Positions 9,276-21,109 are shown, counted from the first letter of the stretch. The stretch: 64,000 bases of DNA from an uncultured Bacteroidales bacterium (GCA_963806555.1 CAWDYR010000016.1:98108-162107); one strand, 5' to 3'. The notes: generated from the letters alone by a model not told the origin. Made by a program: numbers and translations.

Positions 9276-9577
9276 AAGCAGTCTTTCACAGGTCCGAATT
9301 CTCGAATTTAATCAACAGGATCATCAGGTTATTTAAATAACAAAGTCAGGGACGAACTGGTAATATTTGACAAACATTGACACTGACCTTGTTTATTAAC
9401 TGCCAGTAATATTAGAAACGATAAGTTGCCCCGATTATTACACTAATTGGCGGTATTCATGGCCCTTTTTGACGAATGGAAGAAGAGGAGAGGAAGTTTA
9501 AGTCTTATTTCCTGACTGCAATCAGGAGTCCGGGGTAGCTTACCCCCAAAGGGCTTGACCCCCAAACCCCCCGAGGG

Positions 9578-9936
9578 CATAGCCGTCAACCTAAGAACCA
9601 GTTTTGGACTGGTAATTATTTAATTAGCTGAGACACAATTAAATAAGTTTCCCCTCCTTTTGAAGGAGGGGTGGCCAGACGGTAAAATCATATCACAGAC
9701 AGAAACTAAATTCGTCTGGCCGGGGTGGTTGATTCAAGTATTTCTCACTACCTTTCAAATGGATAGACTTGAAACATAAATTAACCACCCCGGCCGGGAA
9801 AACAGATTGTAAACCACTCAAAATCTATAGTCCCGGCCACCCCTCCTTGAAAAGGAGGGGAAATGTAAATTATTGCAACTCAGTTGCATACAGTTCGATT
9901 CATAAGCTATCCCATTCTTTAGGTTGATGGCTATGG
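9578..9936 (+). repeat. nested-palindrome intergenic element, full copy A (MITE-like)
   Basis: It starts with catagccgtcaacctaagaa and ends with ttctttaggttgatggctatgg, which form inverted termini. It contains the six-hairpin series described for copy D. The outer boundary is uncertain because C-rich tracts abut both ends. Confidence 0.8.
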
Positions 9937-9975
9937 GTCCCCCTCCGGGGAGAAAATTCAGTATAATAAAAAGGA

Positions 9976-11173
9976 TTAGTTCTTTACGGTTTGGGAGATC
10001 TTTCCTGTTGCCTTGTTTTTAAGGATCAGCTTAACTGTGCCATCCGGCATTGTTTCTTCCTTTACAAGGAAATGATCCTTGTCAAAATCACGGATGGCGC
10101 TGATCTTCTCTGTTTTTTCCCGTCCCCGCCAGGTTTTCAAGCTTCACCGGTTCCCATTTTTTTGATCTGGCAGAACGGAAGCATGCATCCATTATCTCAT
10201 TTACGATATAGCCGTCATAGAAGGTTTCGCATTGGCTGGATCTTTTTTTCAAATGCATTGAACATATCGGTAAACATGTCGGTATAACCAAGTTCCACAA
10301 CTTCATCCCCTACCGGGAAAAGCCAGCCTTTTTCGGTCTCTGCTTTTTCAGCAACATAACCTGTTTTCCCGCCGGCTGTAAACATTTCAAAACCCGTCCT
10401 CAGAAAATTATTAACCCAGATCGTGCCTTCTGTTCCCATGACTTCATCACGGAGATCCATGCCGCCCCGGAATGTCCAGCTTACTTCAAACTGTCCGATA
10501 GCGCCGTTTTCATACCTTACCCATCCAAGAGCGTTATCCTCAGCTTCAATTGGTTTTACAAGGGTATCAGCCCAGCACATCACCTCAACAGGTTTAATGT
10601 CTTTACCTATATAGCTTCGGCTGATCTCAATACAATGACAGCCCATATCCAGCAACACACCTCCTCCCGATATTTCTTTTGTCCAGAACCAGTCGCTGTG
10701 CGGTCCGGGATGTGTTTCACGCGACCTGTGCCCATGTAACCTGCCCTACAGCTCCCATGCCGACAGATTTTAGTGCCTTCAGTGTTTTCGGTGTATAGAC
10801 CAGATCTTCAAGATAGCCGTGCATAACGCCCGCCTTTTCAACAAGGTCAAGCATCTCTTTTGCCTCGGCCGCGTTCCTTCCAAGAGGTTTTGTACAGAAT
10901 ACCGCCTTTCCGGCTGCTACGGCAAGTCTTACAGCTTCAAGATGCAGGTTATTCGGCAGTCCTATTACCACAACGTCAACTTCAGGATCATTTACGGCAT
11001 CTTTCATTGAGGTGGTCCATTTCGGGATCGAGTGCTTTTTTGCAAAAGCTTTCCCCCTTGCCTTCATCACGTGAATAAATAACATGCACTTTATCACGGT
11101 TCCGGTGACCGTTAATCGAAAATGTGTAAAAATCGCCGATGAAACCGGCGCCCAGCATTGCAACTTTAGCCAT
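9976..11173 (-). pseudogene. Gfo/Idh/MocA-family NAD(P)-dependent oxidoreductase, at least 4 frameshifts as assembled
   Basis: The N-terminal Rossmann motif [16 protein letters not shown] (10988-11173) continues through ORFs 10717-11163, 10215-10658 and 10088-10306. A fifth frame ends ...KATGKISQTVKN* at 9976. Confidence 0.75.
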
Positions 11174-11193
11174 AGTATCAGAAATTTAAATTA

Positions 11194-11577
11194 TTACAGA
11201 GATAGTATTTCGATCCTGTTCCCTTCGGGATCCAGGATTACACTTTCATAGTATCCGTCACCCGTAATTCTTGGCATGCCTGCAACAATATAACCGTCAT
11301 TATCCAATCTTGTCGGTCAGCTGGTCAACAATTTCCCTGTCTCCTACATTTACTGCAATATGTGTCAGTCCGGCTGCGCTATCATCCCTGCCTCTGCAAT
11401 GCCTGGCTTGTTCATAAGTTCAATCCTTGCACCGCCGGGAAATGTTAAAAAATAAGAGGTAAATTGTTTCTCTGAATTTACGTATTTTTCACTGACTGTG
11501 CAGGTAAAATACTTAAGAAAGAAGTCTTTCTCTTTCTCAAGATCAAAAGTCCAGATTGCGATGTGGTCAATGTTCAT
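11194..11577 (-). pseudogene. VOC (glyoxalase/bleomycin-resistance fold) family protein, frameshifted
   Basis: MNIDHIAIWTFDLEKEKDFFLKYF... (ORF 11365-11577) continues in another frame as ...[34 protein letters not shown], with the stop at 11194-11196. Confidence 0.65.
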
Positions 11578-11713
11578 CCTTTAGTTACTGTTTAACACCC
11601 GGAAACAAATATAAAAAGAACCTTTATAATTTTTTTCCGGGCAGAACCGGAAAATGAAACTTTTTTGTGATTTACACGTTAAAAATGCAGTGAAGAAAAT
11701 AAAATATGATAGT

Positions 11714-12755
11714 ATGAAAAAAACACTTTTTATCCTGACAATTCTTTTAATCCTGATCAGCTGGCAGTGTTCAAAGATTGATCAGTCAAAAAGAAATCAT
11801 ACAGTAAAGGAATCGATCGAAAACAGCATCGCCGAGATTAATACTGCAATCGATAAGATCTCTGGTTCTATTGGGTATAGCCTGCTTTCTCTATCCGAAG
11901 CCGGTGCAAAATCGGAAACCGGATTTCAGGACAGCATCGACCTTGATCTTATAGCCGGAATCTATGAGTTCAGTCCTGATACCGATTTGCGTCCGCATCA
12001 ATTTTTCCCCTATAGACTTTTCAAAAGAACAGGCAACAGCAATAACCTCGAGGTTAATCTGCCCGAACAGATGGTTTTACATCCAAAACGTCTTCATTTT
12101 TACATAGTAAGCGATCACGGTCCCTGAAAACAATTTCAAAATAACAGCAACAGGTTATCATTTTTATTATAACTGGTGGCATACTTATGATTATAATCTC
12201 GAAGCCGGCTTTATTCTCGATGGAGAAGATGCCGGAAACATGAAAACTTCATCTGCCTGGAAGTCCTCTTCAGAACGTAATTATTTAAACAGCTTTACAT
12301 TTCCCGAAGGATACACTCTTCTGAGAAGCGGACAGACAGGCAATCCTGCCCGGTTTATATTTGCTCTTGCCAAGGGCAATGATACCCTGCTGAAGGAAAC
12401 CCTTGCCTTCTCCGGTGATGGTTTCAACAGGAAAGAAAAGCAATATATCCTGTCGGTCGGGGACGTTGATATAAAAAGAGCAACAGGGATTGACTCAATC
12501 CAGGTTTATCTTAACGGGGTGCTGCAGAAAAAGGCAGGAGCTAAAATCATGTACGAGGCTGATTATGAAGCATCTATCTTCAGCAGGAGGGATATACTCC
12601 TCACCTTTGACGATGGTACACAGGCAAAGCTCAGCGAGTTGATCTCACCGGCTCTCGAAACTCTAAAAACCCTCTCCCGCTCACTTGAAGAAATGTATTT
12701 TTCAAAACACATTGTTGACTATATTGCCCTCAACATATACTATAGCAAACAGTAA
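11714..12755 (+). pseudogene. hypothetical lipoprotein, one frameshift near 12100-12126
   Basis: The signal MKKTLFILTILLILISWQCS starts at 11714. ORF 11654-12127 continues without stops in the frame of ORF 12240-12755 from 12126 onward. I recognise no family. Confidence 0.5.
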
Positions 12756-12815
12756 GTGTTGGAAGGCCAAAATTCGCCCATACGGTTGCCACCGCACCTC
12801 ATTGAAGGGCAGGGG

Positions 12816-13066
12816 CATAGTTATCAACCTAAGGAATACGATAGGCTACGAGTCAAACTATATACAACTGATATACAATATGTACATTTCCCCTCCTTTC
12901 AAGGAGGGGTGGCCGGGACAGAGATTTTGAGAGATTTACAATTTACTTTCCCGGCCGGGGTGGTTAATCTATGTTTCATGACTCTAATCTTGTTAAAGAG
13001 GTGTTTACTATCAATTTGAATAAAGGGAATAAGAAAGGTTTGAACCAACCACCCCGGCCAGACGAA
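12816..13066 (-). repeat. nested-palindrome element, copy B (reverse orientation, internally deleted)
   Basis: catagttatcaacctaaggaa...catttcccctcctttcaaggaggggtggccggg...ccggccggggtggttaatc...aaccaccccggccagacgaat, then about 110 bp are missing. A short terminal remnant (gcttgccc) and G tracts follow up to about 13100. Confidence 0.75.
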
Positions 13067-13314
13067 TAAGATCACGCTTGCCCTTGGGGGGGCAGGGGTG
13101 TGTTAAAACGATATTCATATTGCATATTTCGCTTCACTGAGGTTGACATCAGGTCAATAATAATTCGTTTTCCAGATTTACTTCACTAAACCATCCGGAA
13201 CTTTTCACCCTTCGAGTTGTTTTATAAGAAACCAAATCACGGAAAAATGATTGCCTGTTTTTTTCCTGAATTATCCCGACACATTTAATCAATAACCATA
13301 AATTAATTACTTCC

Positions 13315-14292
13315 ATGATAAGCTTAAAAACAAAGTATATGGGACTGGACCTTAAAAATCCGGTGATCGTAGGTGCAAATGATCTGATAACAAATCCTGA
13401 CAACCTGAAAAGAATTGAGGATCAGGGCGCCGGCGGCAATTGTTTACAAATCGCTGTTTGAAGAGCAGATCCAACTTGAAAATCTGGAAATGTTTGAGCT
13501 TAAAACTGAATATGAGGAACGGAATGCGGAAATGATCACTCTTTTTCCCGAATTCAAATCAGGAATACAGTTATCCTGTTCAGCACTTAATGAAACTTAA
13601 AAAAGCAAAGGAATCGGTTTCGATACCGGTTTTCGCAAGCCTGAATGCAGTAAATGATGATACCTGGATTGAATATGCCAGAGAGATTGAAAAGACGGGA
13701 GTTGACGGACTGGAGCTCAACTTTTACACTCTTCCTGAAAAGTCGGATGACAATTATGAAGATATGGAAGCGAAGCAGTTAAAGACACTGATGAAAGTCA
13801 GGGCGGCAGTGAAAATACCACTCTCTGTGAAACTTAGTCCTTATTACACTAATCCGCTTAAATTCATTTCGGAACTTGAAGCATGCCGGAGCAAATGCGA
13901 TTCGTCCTCTTCAACAGGCTTTTTCAACCCGACATCGACATCGAAACCGAAAAGCATCACTTCCCGTACAGTCTGAGCCATCCGGAAGATCACAGACTGC
14001 CTTTAAGGTTTGCAGGATTGCTGTACGGAAACACCGAAAGCCTCCATCTGCACAAGTTCGGGGATATTCAGCGGTCAGCGACGTTATCAAAATGATGCTG
14101 GCAGGCGCTGATTGCGTTCAGGTTGTGAGCACCCTTTACCTGCACCAGATAGAGGTGCTTGGATCGATAATCAGCGATATTGAAAAATGGATGGTGGAAA
14201 AGGGATACGATACTATCGACAGCTTCAGGGGGAAATTGTCAAAGAACAAAGTCGGAAGACAAGATCCCGTACTCCCGCGCTCAATATATTGA
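13315..14292 (+). pseudogene. dihydroorotate dehydrogenase-like (PyrD/PreA-fold) protein, several frameshifts
   Basis: MISLKTKYMGLDLKNPVIVGANDL...GAG(A)IVYKSLFEEQI starts at ATG 13315. It continues through ORFs 13415-13600, 13590-13976, 13883-14095 and 13876-14292 (..MLAGADCVQVVSTLY..). A paralogue lies at 39135-40112. Confidence 0.7.
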
Positions 14293-14363
14293 TTTCAAAC
14301 TAAGCACATCTGCAATCCTGAAGAAATATAAAGCCATCAATTGAGATTTCTCTGAAGAACTTA

Positions 14364-14505
14364 CACAGAGGTCCACTGAGAAGACACAGAGGTCCACAGA
14401 GAGAATTTTATCAGGCTGAAGCCAGACTCTGTGGAACTCTGTGTATCCTCTGTGGAACTCTGTGTAATGTTTCTTTTATGAAAACTTTCACAGAGGTCCA
14501 CAGAG
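14364..14505. repeat. array of five 17-mers CACAGAGGTCCACAGAG (2 forward, 2 reverse, 1 forward) between convergent genes
   Basis: The copies lie at 14364, 14385 (forward), 14427, 14448 (reverse, CTCTGTGGAACTCTGTG) and 14489 (forward). The last copy ends one base before the feoB stop codon. The array can fold into a long hairpin. Confidence 0.85.
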
Positions 14506-14506
14506 A

Positions 14507-16884
14507 TTAAGTAAAGAGCAGGGATCCTGTCTGGAACACGACGAATGAGAGCAACCAGGCAACTGATGTAGTATAAAAGACAGTAAATGCCGCCCATTTC
14601 CAGCTGCCCGATTCCCTCTTTATCGCCGCAATGACCCCGACACACGGGAAATAGGTAAGGATGAACAGTAAAAAAGTGAATGCAATAACAGGTGTTATGC
14701 CTCTTTCCCCGGGAACTGATTCATGTGTCCGGAGCTTCTCAACGAGAGAATTCTGAGCCGGCTTGTTATCAGTCAGATAAAGGATACCCAGTGTACTCAC
14801 CACCACTTCTTTGGCTGCAAGGCCCGAGAGCAGGCTTACACTTAACCTCCAGTCAAAACCAAGAGGCTTCATCACAGGTTCAATTCCCCTTCCGATCATC
14901 CCCATGATACGAATTGCTCTGAATCTCGCTTTTGTCTGATTCCGGAATAACCCGTGTTTCTTGGGAAATTGCTCAGAATCCAGATTATAATGGAAGCAAG
15001 CAGTATCACCCCTCCTATTTTTCTAAGGTACAGGGAGGTCCTGAACCATACGTGCCTTATAATGCTCCTGTGGGTAGGAATGCGGTAAGGAGGAAGCTCC
15101 ATTACAAAGGGGATATCGGCCGATTTAATAAAGACCCGTTTCAGGAGACAGGGCTGACGACAATTGCAAAAACTACTCCTAGTGAATAAAGAAGAAACAG
15201 CACAGACCCCTGATTCCTGGGAAAGAAGGCGGAAATAAATAAGATATAGACCGGCAGCCTTGCACTGCACGACATAAAAGGTGTGATCAGCATTGTTATG
15301 AGACGGTCGCGCCGGCTGTCAATTATCCTTGTTGCCATAATAGCCGGAACATTGCATCCAAAACCCATGAACAGAGGAATAAATGACTTCCCGTGAAGAC
15401 CGATCTTATGCATCACTTTATCCATAATAAATACCGCCCTGGCCATATAACCTGTATCCTCCATGAATGAGATCAGGATAAAAAGGATAATGATATTCGG
15501 AAGAAAAACTATCACTCCGCCTACTCCGCCAATAATGCCGTCAACAAGAAAGTCCCTGAATATTCCTGCAGGAATGGCTGAAATCGTTAACTCTGAAATT
15601 TTTCCAATCAGCAGCTCCAGCCAGTGCTTCGGATATGCCCCAAGGAAAAAGGTGCTGTAAAATGTCACCCACATAAAGAGCAGGAAGATTGGGATACCCA
15701 GATATTTATTGGTCAGGTAGTTATCGATGATCTTTGTCTTTCTGAAGCCCCTCTTCTTTCCCTTCTTTCAGGGTCTCTTTAAGAGCTCCGGATATAAACC
15801 CATACCTGAGATCGGTAATTACAGTATCAACAGGATCAAGATAAAGCTTTTCAAGCCTGCCGTATTCCTTTCTGGCTGCTGCCCTGATCTCCTCAGGATT
15901 GACACAACGCCTGATTTCACCTGAGAACTCAGCATCGTTTTCGAGAAGTTCAATGGCAAGATACCTGCCTGAGATAATATTGGTAAAGGTTCTGTTCTCT
16001 TCAATTTTTATCTTCGACTGTATGGCACAGATCGCGTTTTCAATCTCGGTGCCATAATTGACATGTATATGCCGGACTATCGGCTCCCTGTTTTCATAAA
16101 CCTCAATTATTTTATCGAAAAGTTCCTTTATACCTTTTCCCTTTGAGCTTACAGCCGGGATCATGGGTACTCCCAGTAATTTTCCAAGGGAATGATAATC
16201 AAGTATGTCACCCCTTGCCTCAAGTTCATCGAACATGTTAAGGGCAATCACCATCTGGATCCCCATGTCGATAAGCTGGGTAGTCAGATACAGATTTCTC
16301 TCAAGATTTGATGAATCGACAATGTTGACAACTATATCAGGCTTGCTGTCGAAAATAAAGTTCCTCAGATAGATTTCTTCCGGGGAATAACTTTTCAATG
16401 AATAGGTACCCGGCAGGTCGACCAGTGAAAATGTATAACCCGATTGCCTGTAGACAGCTTCTTTGGAATCTACGGTAACTCCCGCGTAATTACCTACCTT
16501 TTCCCGTGAGCCTGACGCGTAATTAAAAAGGGTTGTCTTTCCTGAATTTGGATTTCCTACGAGCGCTACCTGGAGATGCTTGCTTTTTTCGAGCCACGAA
16601 TCCGATCCTTCCTCAGTTACAAGAGTCCCGTTTGAGGGGATGACCTCCTTTATCTCGTCTTCCCCCGAGACTTCAATAAGCAAGGCTTCGCTCTTTCGCA
16701 GCGAAACGTGGTAGCCCATTATTTTATATTCAATCGGATCGCGCAGAGGGGCTTTTTTAATGACCTCCACGATTTTACCGACAATAAACCCCATCTCCAT
16801 CAGCCGCTGCCTGAACTGACCTCTGCCCTTTATTTTCAATATTATCCCCGCTTGCCCTTCTACAAGATCGTACAGTGTCGTCAT
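14507..16884 (-). pseudogene. feoB: ferrous iron transporter FeoA-FeoB fusion, at least 3 frameshifts
   Basis: ORF 15721-16884 has a FeoA-like N-terminus followed by the G-domain GNPNSGKTTLFN. The membrane domain continues in ORFs 15141-15674, 14896-15270 and 14507-14905. Confidence 0.85.
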
Positions 16885-16930
16885 GCTATAGTTTCAAAAC
16901 AAAGAACTAACCTTTAATCTCAGAGAATGT

Positions 16931-17542
16931 TCAATCTACCTTAACCTTCACAACTACCTTCCTGACCTGAGCGTTTACTCCATCCTTCAATCCGGGCCTG
17001 TGCAGGTCGGAAGGGAAAAAGATAAAAAACTTCTCAGGGGTGGCTTTGTTATTCACGCCATCCCTGACAGTCATGAATTCTATGTCTTTTGCCGGGTCGT
17101 ATGGCACAAGAACATCCTGTTTCTGTGAAACCGGCCCCACCCCTATCAACTCATTTCCACTTACAACATATTGAATATCAATATATTTTTGATGCGCTTC
17201 ATATCTTGCGTCCTCTTCATTCTTTGAAAGATATTCGCTCACGGCAACATACAGATTGTCACCATCGATATCATAACGTTTCAGTTCAAGAGCCTTGAGA
17301 TCCGTTGTTTTTAAATAATTAAAGGCTTTATCCCATCTCTCCCTGTTCTTAAAATAGGAGATTGCAAAAGCCTTCCGGTCAATTGACTGGTCAGGCTTTA
17401 CCTGCCACCCGTTTAGCCATTCGCCATCGCTGAACCATTTATCCAGCTTACCGTTGCTCCAGCTTTCCGGATTGTCATTACCGGTACAACCTGCCATGCT
17501 TAACAAAATTGCCATCATGATTTTAAAAATTGATTTTTTCAT
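16931..17542 (-). CDS. YhcH/YjgK/YiaL-family (DUF386) lipoprotein
   Basis: Intact 203 aa with the signal LLSMAGC. The motif HQKYIDIQYVVSGNELIG...FFIFFPSDLHRP is typical of the family. Confidence 0.65.
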   Translation of the reverse strand: MKKSIFKIMMAILLSMAGCTGNDNPESWSNGKLDKWFSDGEWLNGWQVKPDQSIDRKAFAISYFKNRERWDKAFNYLKTTDLKALELKRYDIDGDNLYVAVSEYLSKNEEDARYEAHQKYIDIQYVVSGNELIGVGPVSQKQDVLVPYDPAKDIEFMTVRDGVNNKATPEKFFIFFPSDLHRPGLKDGVNAQVRKVVVKVKVD

Positions 17543-17656
17543 ATAATTATCTATTGTTTACACTGTTCCAATACCAGGGTATTACTCTGATTAATGGGCA
17601 AAAGTTATAAAAAATGCAGTCATCTGAATCGCTGTCATTAAAATTTATGAGGATCA

Positions 17657-18509
17657 TCAGAGAAATTGTTCAATCTGTCTGTAACATTCCCTCCAGAAAT
17701 CACCGTCTGAGCTTTCATTCATCCACGGAACAGTCCGGGATCTGCCTCTTAAATCATACACTGATCCGTCAGTAAGATCTTCTCTTTCAAGAGTTTTTTC
17801 AAGAATCAAAGCTACCTTCCGGGCGCTCACCATGAACGGCGCACCTGTTTTATACATGACCCTGAACCATTGGCTTTGCATCCTGTAAATATGCGAACTG
17901 AAAACACCCGGATTAAACGCAATAAATTTCATTCCGGATCCCTTATGCAGCTCAGAATAATGTTTGCACATCAGAGCAAGTAACAGCTTTGATTCCGAAT
18001 ATGCTTTTAAAGGCCTGTAGGTTTTTTTTGAAGATGTGAACGAGAGACCGGGCTTTGCAACATGATAGACGGGCGAAGTGACAGCAACTGAAATTAACGG
18101 CTTATCTTCCACCCTGCTTCTTATAATTATCTCATTCACCAGAAGATGCGACAGGAAATTCACCTGAAATGTATATTCAAAGCCATCTGAAGTTACCGTC
18201 AGATCAGGGGGAGACAATATTCCGGCATTATTTATAATTATGTCAAAATTAAAGGAATCACAAATCTTTCTGATTGTTCCGGCTGTCTGTTTCAGATCGC
18301 TGAAATCGGTGGTGAATAATTTAAACCTCGGGTCTATCTGCCTCTTTACCGGAAGGATTCCTGCCTGTTGCAACAACTTCAAATCCCTTGTCCAGGTAGA
18401 GTTTAACGAGTTCAAGACCAAGTCCTGAAGTGCCACCCGTGATAAGTACCGTCCGTAAATCAGATAAGGATCTCTGCATTCGCTTAAGTCTGAAGCTGAA
18501 AAACATCAA
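17657..18509 (-). pseudogene. short-chain dehydrogenase/reductase (SDR), one frameshift
   Basis: The N-terminal TVLITGGTSGLGLEL (ORF 18321-18509) joins ORF 17657-18436, which carries the SDR core (NNAG, Y..SK). Confidence 0.75.
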
Positions 18510-18609
18510 ACTTAATAAAAAGAAACGATGTAAACTTTTCGTAAATTTGCATTAATCAACACTGGTTACAGGGTCAAAATCTTATAAATCCGGACATGAG
18601 GAAAATATT

Positions 18610-19318
18610 ATGATATTAATTTGTGCTGTGTTATGGACAGGTTGCTTTGCCCAGACGACCCGTGTCTACGAGAAAGGTATCTCCCTTGAGGAAAGTCTGA
18701 GGTCTATCGGTTCCCTGGCACCGTATGAATCAGGGGGATTGGGATTCGATAACAGGTACGAAGGGGTGAAGGGAAGCCCGAGGTTGTCAGATACTCTCCT
18801 TCCATCCCTGCTTCGATTAAAAGGACAGGATTCATATGTTGCGCTGAAATCCGATATTGATCTTGTTCAGAATTCAGTAATTTATCGCCATCCCAATAGC
18901 GGGAAACTCTTCGTAATTCCTGCAAGTAATGTTGAAGAATTAATTATAGCCGGGGATGGTAAGGATCTCGTATTCAGAACCACCTACGGAAAAACCTTTG
19001 AAAAGGAATTGAAGGATCAAAAGTTCATCCAGGTTCTGAAAGATGGTGATTATCAGTTTATTAAAATGCCGGTTAAAATTTTTGTACGAGGCTGACTATA
19101 AAAAAGCTTACAGTTCCGACAGAAGATTCGATGAATTTCAGGCAAAAGACAGATATTATCTTCTGGGACCCGATAATGTATTTTATCAAATCCAGCTAAA
19201 CAGAAAATCAGTTTTGAAAATATATCCTGACAAGAAGAAAGTCATTGAACAGGAACCTGATGAAAAGTCATTTGCTGATAAAGAACAGATGATCGTCTCG
19301 CTCCTTAAAAAGTTTTGA
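18610..19318 (+). pseudogene. hypothetical secreted protein, frameshift near 19085-19095
   Basis: The signal is MILICAVLWTGCFAQ. ORF 18610-19095 continues in the frame of ORF 19043-19318 (..VKIFVR/ADYKKAYSSDRRF..). I recognise no family. Confidence 0.45.
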
Positions 19319-19433
19319 TTTTCAACAGTTGTTCCGGCTGCAGGTTTTATCTGAATTTAATATTCAGACTGAAGATTTTCGGTATATGAAGTAAGGAAAA
19401 TTGAATATTTTTACATTATAAAACCCAAAAATC

Positions 19434-20654
19434 ATGAAAAAGAAAAATTTGTTCATCAACCTGTTAGTTCTGATGATCCTCTGTCCGGTAAATTTGCTTT
19501 CGCAGGATTGGGTTCAGTTCAGGGGAAGCGGCCGCGACAGCAAGGTAACTGGCTTCAAGGCACCGAAAACCTGGCCTGCCGAGCTTAAACAGCTCTGGAA
19601 GGTTAATGTTGGATTCGGAGATGCTTCTCCGGTGCTCTCAGGTAAGAAGATATATCTTGCAACAAGGCAGGATGCCAATGAGGTGATTCTTTGCCTTGAC
19701 GCTGCAACGGGAAAGGAGATATGGAAAACCACCTACCCTGCTCCTGCTGTTACAGGCCCTGCCAGTTCGCACCCCGGACCAAGGAGCACACCCTCTGTGG
19801 CTGATGGAAAAGTTGTTACTTTTGGTGTCTCAGGGATCCTTACATGCCTGGATGCCTCAACCGGGAAAGTACTCTGGAAAAAGGAGAATCCCACGAATGC
19901 CGTTCCTCAATTCTTTACAGGAATGTCACCTCTTTTGACCGATGGAATTTGTATAGCTCACCTGGGAACCAAGGATAAAGGTGAAGTAGTGGCCCTTGAT
20001 CTTGCAACCGGAAACGAAAAATGGAAATGGGAAGGTGACGGACCCTCTTATTCTTCTCCATCGGTAATGGTCATGGACGGTAAAAAGCAGATCATTGTTC
20101 AGACAGAAAAGAATCTTGTGGCGCTGAGCCTTACCGACGGCAAACTGCTCTGGCAGATACCTACGCCCGTGCAACAGCGTTTCTATAACGCTCCAAGTCC
20201 ATATATTAACGGTCAGATAATTTACTTTACGGGTCAGGGTAGCGGAATAAAAGCAATCCAGGTCAGTAAGGAGGGTGATAAATTTGTGACTAAGGAATTA
20301 TGGAGTAATCCTGATATTGGCGCCAAATGGAATACTCCGGTGCTGAAGGACGGATTCCTGTTCGGATTCACCGACCAGAGAAGGATTTATTGTGTAAATG
20401 CAGCCACAGGTGCAACCGCCTGGTATGACAGCGCAGTAAACAGCGATTTTGCGACCATCGTGGATTGTGGTTCTGTACTTATGGGATTGCCAAGCACTTC
20501 AAACCTCATAGTATTCAAACCCGATACAAAAAGCTATCAGGAAGTCGCCCGTTACAAGGTGTCTGAAACTCCTGTTTATTCATTTCCGCTGATCGCAGGT
20601 AATGATATTTATGTAAAAGACGCTGAATCACTTACGCTTTACAGCCTGGAGTGA
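19434..20654 (+). CDS. PQQ-like beta-propeller repeat protein (BamB-like fold), secreted
   Basis: Intact 406 aa with a signal peptide. Repeats of the type DA.TGKE.W occur (DAATGKEIWK, DASTGKVLWK, DLATGNEKWKW, TDGKLLWQ, NAATGATAWY). Confidence 0.7.
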   Translation: MKKKNLFINLLVLMILCPVNLLSQDWVQFRGSGRDSKVTGFKAPKTWPAELKQLWKVNVGFGDASPVLSGKKIYLATRQDANEVILCLDAATGKEIWKTTYPAPAVTGPASSHPGPRSTPSVADGKVVTFGVSGILTCLDASTGKVLWKKENPTNAVPQFFTGMSPLLTDGICIAHLGTKDKGEVVALDLATGNEKWKWEGDGPSYSSPSVMVMDGKKQIIVQTEKNLVALSLTDGKLLWQIPTPVQQRFYNAPSPYINGQIIYFTGQGSGIKAIQVSKEGDKFVTKELWSNPDIGAKWNTPVLKDGFLFGFTDQRRIYCVNAATGATAWYDSAVNSDFATIVDCGSVLMGLPSTSNLIVFKPDTKSYQEVARYKVSETPVYSFPLIAGNDIYVKDAESLTLYSLE

Positions 20655-20708
20655 CAGGAACTAAGCCCCCTGCCCCTCTCTGGCTTCATGTACTCACCCC
20701 CCCTGCCC

Positions 20709-21073
20709 CATGGCTGTCGGCTTAAGAATAAGTTTTAGACTAAGAATTATTTAATTAGCTGAAATACAATTAAATAACTTTCCCCTCCTTTTAAAGGAGG
20801 GGTGGCCAGACGTGAAATCATCTTACAGGCTGAAATTAAATTCGTCTGGCCGGGGTGGTTGATTTAAGTCTTTCTTATCAAGAAGTTTTTTCAAGCAAGC
20901 TTAGAATTTTGAAACATAGATTAACCACCCCGGCCGGGAAAGCGAATAGTAACCGTTTAAAAGTCAATCGGCCCGGCCACCCCTCCTTGAGAAGGAGGGG
21001 AAATGTAATATATTGAATATCTGTTATATACAGTCTGATTTAGAAGCTATCCTATTTTTTTAGATTGGCTATG
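20709..21073 (+). repeat. nested-palindrome element, full copy C
   Basis: It has the same module order as copies A and D. The sequence is catggctgtcggcttaagaa...tttcccctccttttaaaggaggggtggccagacg...cgtctggccggggtggtt...aaccaccccggccggg...cccggccacccctccttgagaaggagggg...gattggctatg. It lies between two convergent genes. Confidence 0.8.
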
Positions 21074-21109
21074 CTCCCCGCCCCCTCTCTACTTTGTGAC
21101 AGTAATTTC

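Noticed and set aside
7379-9336. Antisense or embedded ORFs inside the large genes (7379-7597, 7569-8126, 8086-8292, 8714-8902, 8976-9239, 9154-9336; likewise 29089-30154 and 47611-48631)
   Set aside because: They are contained in long, well-supported genes on the opposite strand or in another frame. They have odd composition and no motifs.
12685-13019. ORFs 12685-12930 and 12756-13019 (and similarly 38848-39033 and 9991-10287)
   Set aside because: The first three are translations of the nested-palindrome element itself. The same peptide fragments (FPSFQGGVAG..) appear because the DNA is repeated. ORF 9991-10287 is antisense to the Gfo/Idh/MocA gene.
18688-18697. gaggaaagtc, resembling the RNase P RNA universal GAGGAAAGUCC motif
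   Set aside because: It lies inside a protein-coding frame, the following bases diverge (tgagg rather than cgggc), and no surrounding P4/P10-12 structure is visible.
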